NCBI GenBank assembly: GCA_023231475.1
Contig: JALJEE010001061.1
Span: 1-64,000 of the forward strand
Length of the DNA stretch: 64,000 nucleotides
Reading direction: 5' to 3'
DNA from: Seison nebaliae
Taxonomy: Eukaryota
Numbering within the stretch: position 1 is the first letter of the stretch; every line of letters starts with the position of its first letter. The position numbers and the translations under genes were made by a program. The notes beneath the pieces are model-generated. The model ran no database searches and was not told the DNA's origin. It saw only the letters and a program-made list of their open reading frames with translations. Shown here piece by piece: positions 59,494-64,000 of this stretch.

Positions 59494-62400
59494 TATTAGT
59501 TTTATTATGAACAACATTTTCCTACAAAGAATTTCTTTAAGAAACTAATTATTACATAACGATTAACACGAAGGTATGGGAGGTGAAAGTGCGCATATTT
59601 AACCTCGTGTCTACTCCCAATGATATATGATATGATTCGATTGGTCACAAGGGAAAATAGATATTTGAACTCTGTTTGTACATGTGCGTTTGTGTGGTGT
59701 TGTGTTGTGTGTGTGTGTGTGTTCGGGATGTATATATGAATAAAGAATTAGATACGCAGCTATGTATGTGTAAGCGAATGTACATATAAGCAATCGAGTT
59801 GACTCATTTACATGAAACATGTGTTGTTGCTAAGGAACGTTGAATATTCGACCACTGAAAATTCTCTTGGATCCTCATTCACACGAAAAAGACCCATATG
59901 TCGAGATAGAAGGGGAATGTAGTAGGGAAGGAATGTTATGTTCTTGTTCTCTCACAATTCAATTTCATTCGACAATCGAATGTTGTTCTATTTGGTGATT
60001 TTATGTAATACAATTCCACATCTCCAAGAGGCGGAAAAAATGACAAACGATGTTCTCTTTCTTTTCCAATTCACATCTCTTCTACGGGGAATATTAGAGA
60101 AAGAAAATAATGGAATTATTGTTCTCTTCCTTTCTTACTATTCTTCCAAAAGAAGAATTTTATATATATTGTTATTGTTATTGTTGTTGTTGTTGTTCAT
60201 TTACATAACTCACGAATGAATTTTACTTCCACATAGACAGAATTTCTTCGATAAAAAAATTATTATTTTTTCCTTCTTACTTTTGTTACGTGTTATATAT
60301 CTGGTGAAGAATAAGTAATTGGGAGGAAATTGTGAAATAATCTGACAGCAATACAAATATATATATATATATATATGAATATATGTATATCGATATGAAG
60401 ATAAATAGTTACCATTTATCAGTGGAAGAAGAATCATTTGAAGTCTTCCTTTCTTCTCCATATGTTCTCCATAGGAGGGAGGGGAGGGAGAGATGAAAAT
60501 TAAAGGGAATTCTTCAAATATCTTTTTAGGGAATTCATTTAAATTTAATTATTATTATTTGTGTATACGTCTTATATTGTAGAATGTTGAGCGTATGGCA
60601 ATAGGAGAACACTAGGTGAACGATTACATCATTCATTCTCTTCCAAACACAGTTCCCAATGGAAGTGAGTGAAAGTGAAGTAATTTCCAATTTTTCTCAA
60701 ATTTCTGTCTTCCATTTCTTCTTGCCATCAAATAAATCAACTTATATAATATTTCTTTCTCGTTAAAGGTAAATAATAATAATAATAATAATCATTATTA
60801 TTATATAATTTTTTCCTATACATTAACGTCATTGGCATTGACGTATGTATCACTAAATCATCTTTCCGATAATAACGATTCTTATCTTCTCTCATTCGTC
60901 ATGTATTCTTTTATATATACACACACATAAATTTATTCGTTGCCGAATGAATGAAAGTAATAATCAATATCTGCTTACATTTGTCAATCACCAGGTAATA
61001 TAGATGCATTTATTTATTTAACTTTTCATCCACAAATTTTTGAGCGATCCATAAAAAACACAAGAATTACATATGGAATCATTTTCATCGAAGATGATGA
61101 TATGAAAGGAGAATGGATTCTCATAATTCTCTGTTTCTTTCAAAAGAATTTTTTCCCATTAAATCCATATTGATTGATCAATCGATATTTGATTCGATAC
61201 ACTTTCCATTGTAAATGCATTAGAGGAGATGGTGAAGAGGAGAGAGTGGAGTGAATTTGTGTGCGTGTCAAAATTACATATGTTTTAACGTGACACCAAA
61301 TTATTTTTGTTCTTCAAATGATTTTATTTGAAAAAATAAAGTTTCGTCATCGAATGTGCATTTCATTCAATAGTGATGTCGTTTTAAGAATGAATGGTGT
61401 GGAGGAGGAAGAGGAAGGGGAAGGAGATAATCTATGATGAAATTCATCGATCAGTTCATCAGTATCATCATATCGTATCACTCATTTACTCGGCGTTCAC
61501 AACATCTTCCTCATTCAATTTATTTCAATTCTAATTTTATCTTTTCTGATCATCCTTTAAAACGATAAATATCAGACATGTTCATCACTTAATGAAATTA
61601 TCTCGAACGATTGGTGCACGAATCTCATGACATCTCTATTCGGAAATTGATTAAACAAATGAGAATTTTTGAATTATTTATAATGAATAAAATGTGAGTT
61701 TTTGATATGAGGAAGAAATTGTTGAATGTAGAAGAGACGAATGAATCGTTCATGGAATGTCGATAAAAACAAGTAATTGATATTTAATTTGAATCCGATT
61801 TAAATTGAATTAGACTTTCATTTTTATTTTACTCCCTCCCACTCAAACATTCTCATTAGAATCTATTTTTTTTATTCATCTATTATTTATATGTTAATCG
61901 ATTGAAATTTTAGTAAATGGTTGTTTATTCGAGCAGAAATGCCCAATCTCTCCCACCACACCAAATACAATGACTCATCATCCGATTTTAGCGTTTCGTC
62001 CATGAATCAAAATTGTCCCATTAACAGTTAATATCTTTTTTTCTCTCTGGGGATTATGGGTCTGAATGATTGCAATTAACATATATCTCTCCATCTCTCC
62101 TTCCTATAAACGTTCATTTTAATTTCATTATCTTCATCGGTGTATTGGATGATCGGTCGTTCTCTCTATCTCTCCTCTTTCGAGACGGGAGGGGGCAGTT
62201 GGGGGTGTGCAGGTCAAATGATGAATGAATAATTAATATCAAATTTCTTCTCGTTTCATCCTCATGAAACATGATATTTGCTAAACTTAATTTCATAATA
62301 ATCTCTAATTCTCTTTATAACCAAATTCCATCCATTTTCATCGATTGATGACATTTGGAGTGAATATAATCGAATTTCTTATTTTTCTGTAATAAAATTG

Positions 62401-62563
62401 TTGTGATGGGGATAATTATTATGTGTTTTTGGGAGTAATTCATATTAAAATTATTTATTGTTAATAAACTTTTAAGATTATTAACCAAATCATTTTTTGA
62501 ATTTTAATCATACTTTTTTTTAGGAGGTATTTTTAACTAAAATTATTTATTTAAAATATTTAA

Positions 62564-64000
<1,437 letters not shown>

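Overview
Very AT-rich, compact eukaryotic genomic DNA. The gene set looks metazoan (hnRNP K, TENT5, CEP120, SPG11, HCCS); the organism cannot be identified from this window. Most introns are 40-75 nt. In order, the window holds: CEP120, VPS28, an RSPH3-like gene, a BTB-BACK-Kelch gene, a small orphan, a secreted M15/LAS-type peptidoglycan-hydrolase-like gene, an orphan membrane protein, CDK11, a DHHC-family gene lacking the DHHC motif, RPL3 (with an intronic H/ACA-like RNA), a basic orphan ORF, TENT5/FAM46, two paralogous orphan type-I membrane proteins, two duplicated Gln/Pro/Tyr-rich secreted peptides, a Regnase/N4BP1-type NYN RNase, a decayed Tc1 transposase, hnRNP K, a divergent spatacsin, clathrin light chain, HCCS, SERINC and the 5' part of SRPK, which runs off the window. 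The strongest unusual signal is the splice donors: in my manual tally of 36 reconstructed introns, 33 have T at +3 and none has A, and the long introns mostly use GTTAGT instead of GTAAGT, which predicts an altered U1 snRNA. The second is the intron-containing, secreted, bacterial-type M15 peptidase fused to two Cys-rich repeats. All gene models were built by eye and all homology calls come from recalled motifs, not database searches.
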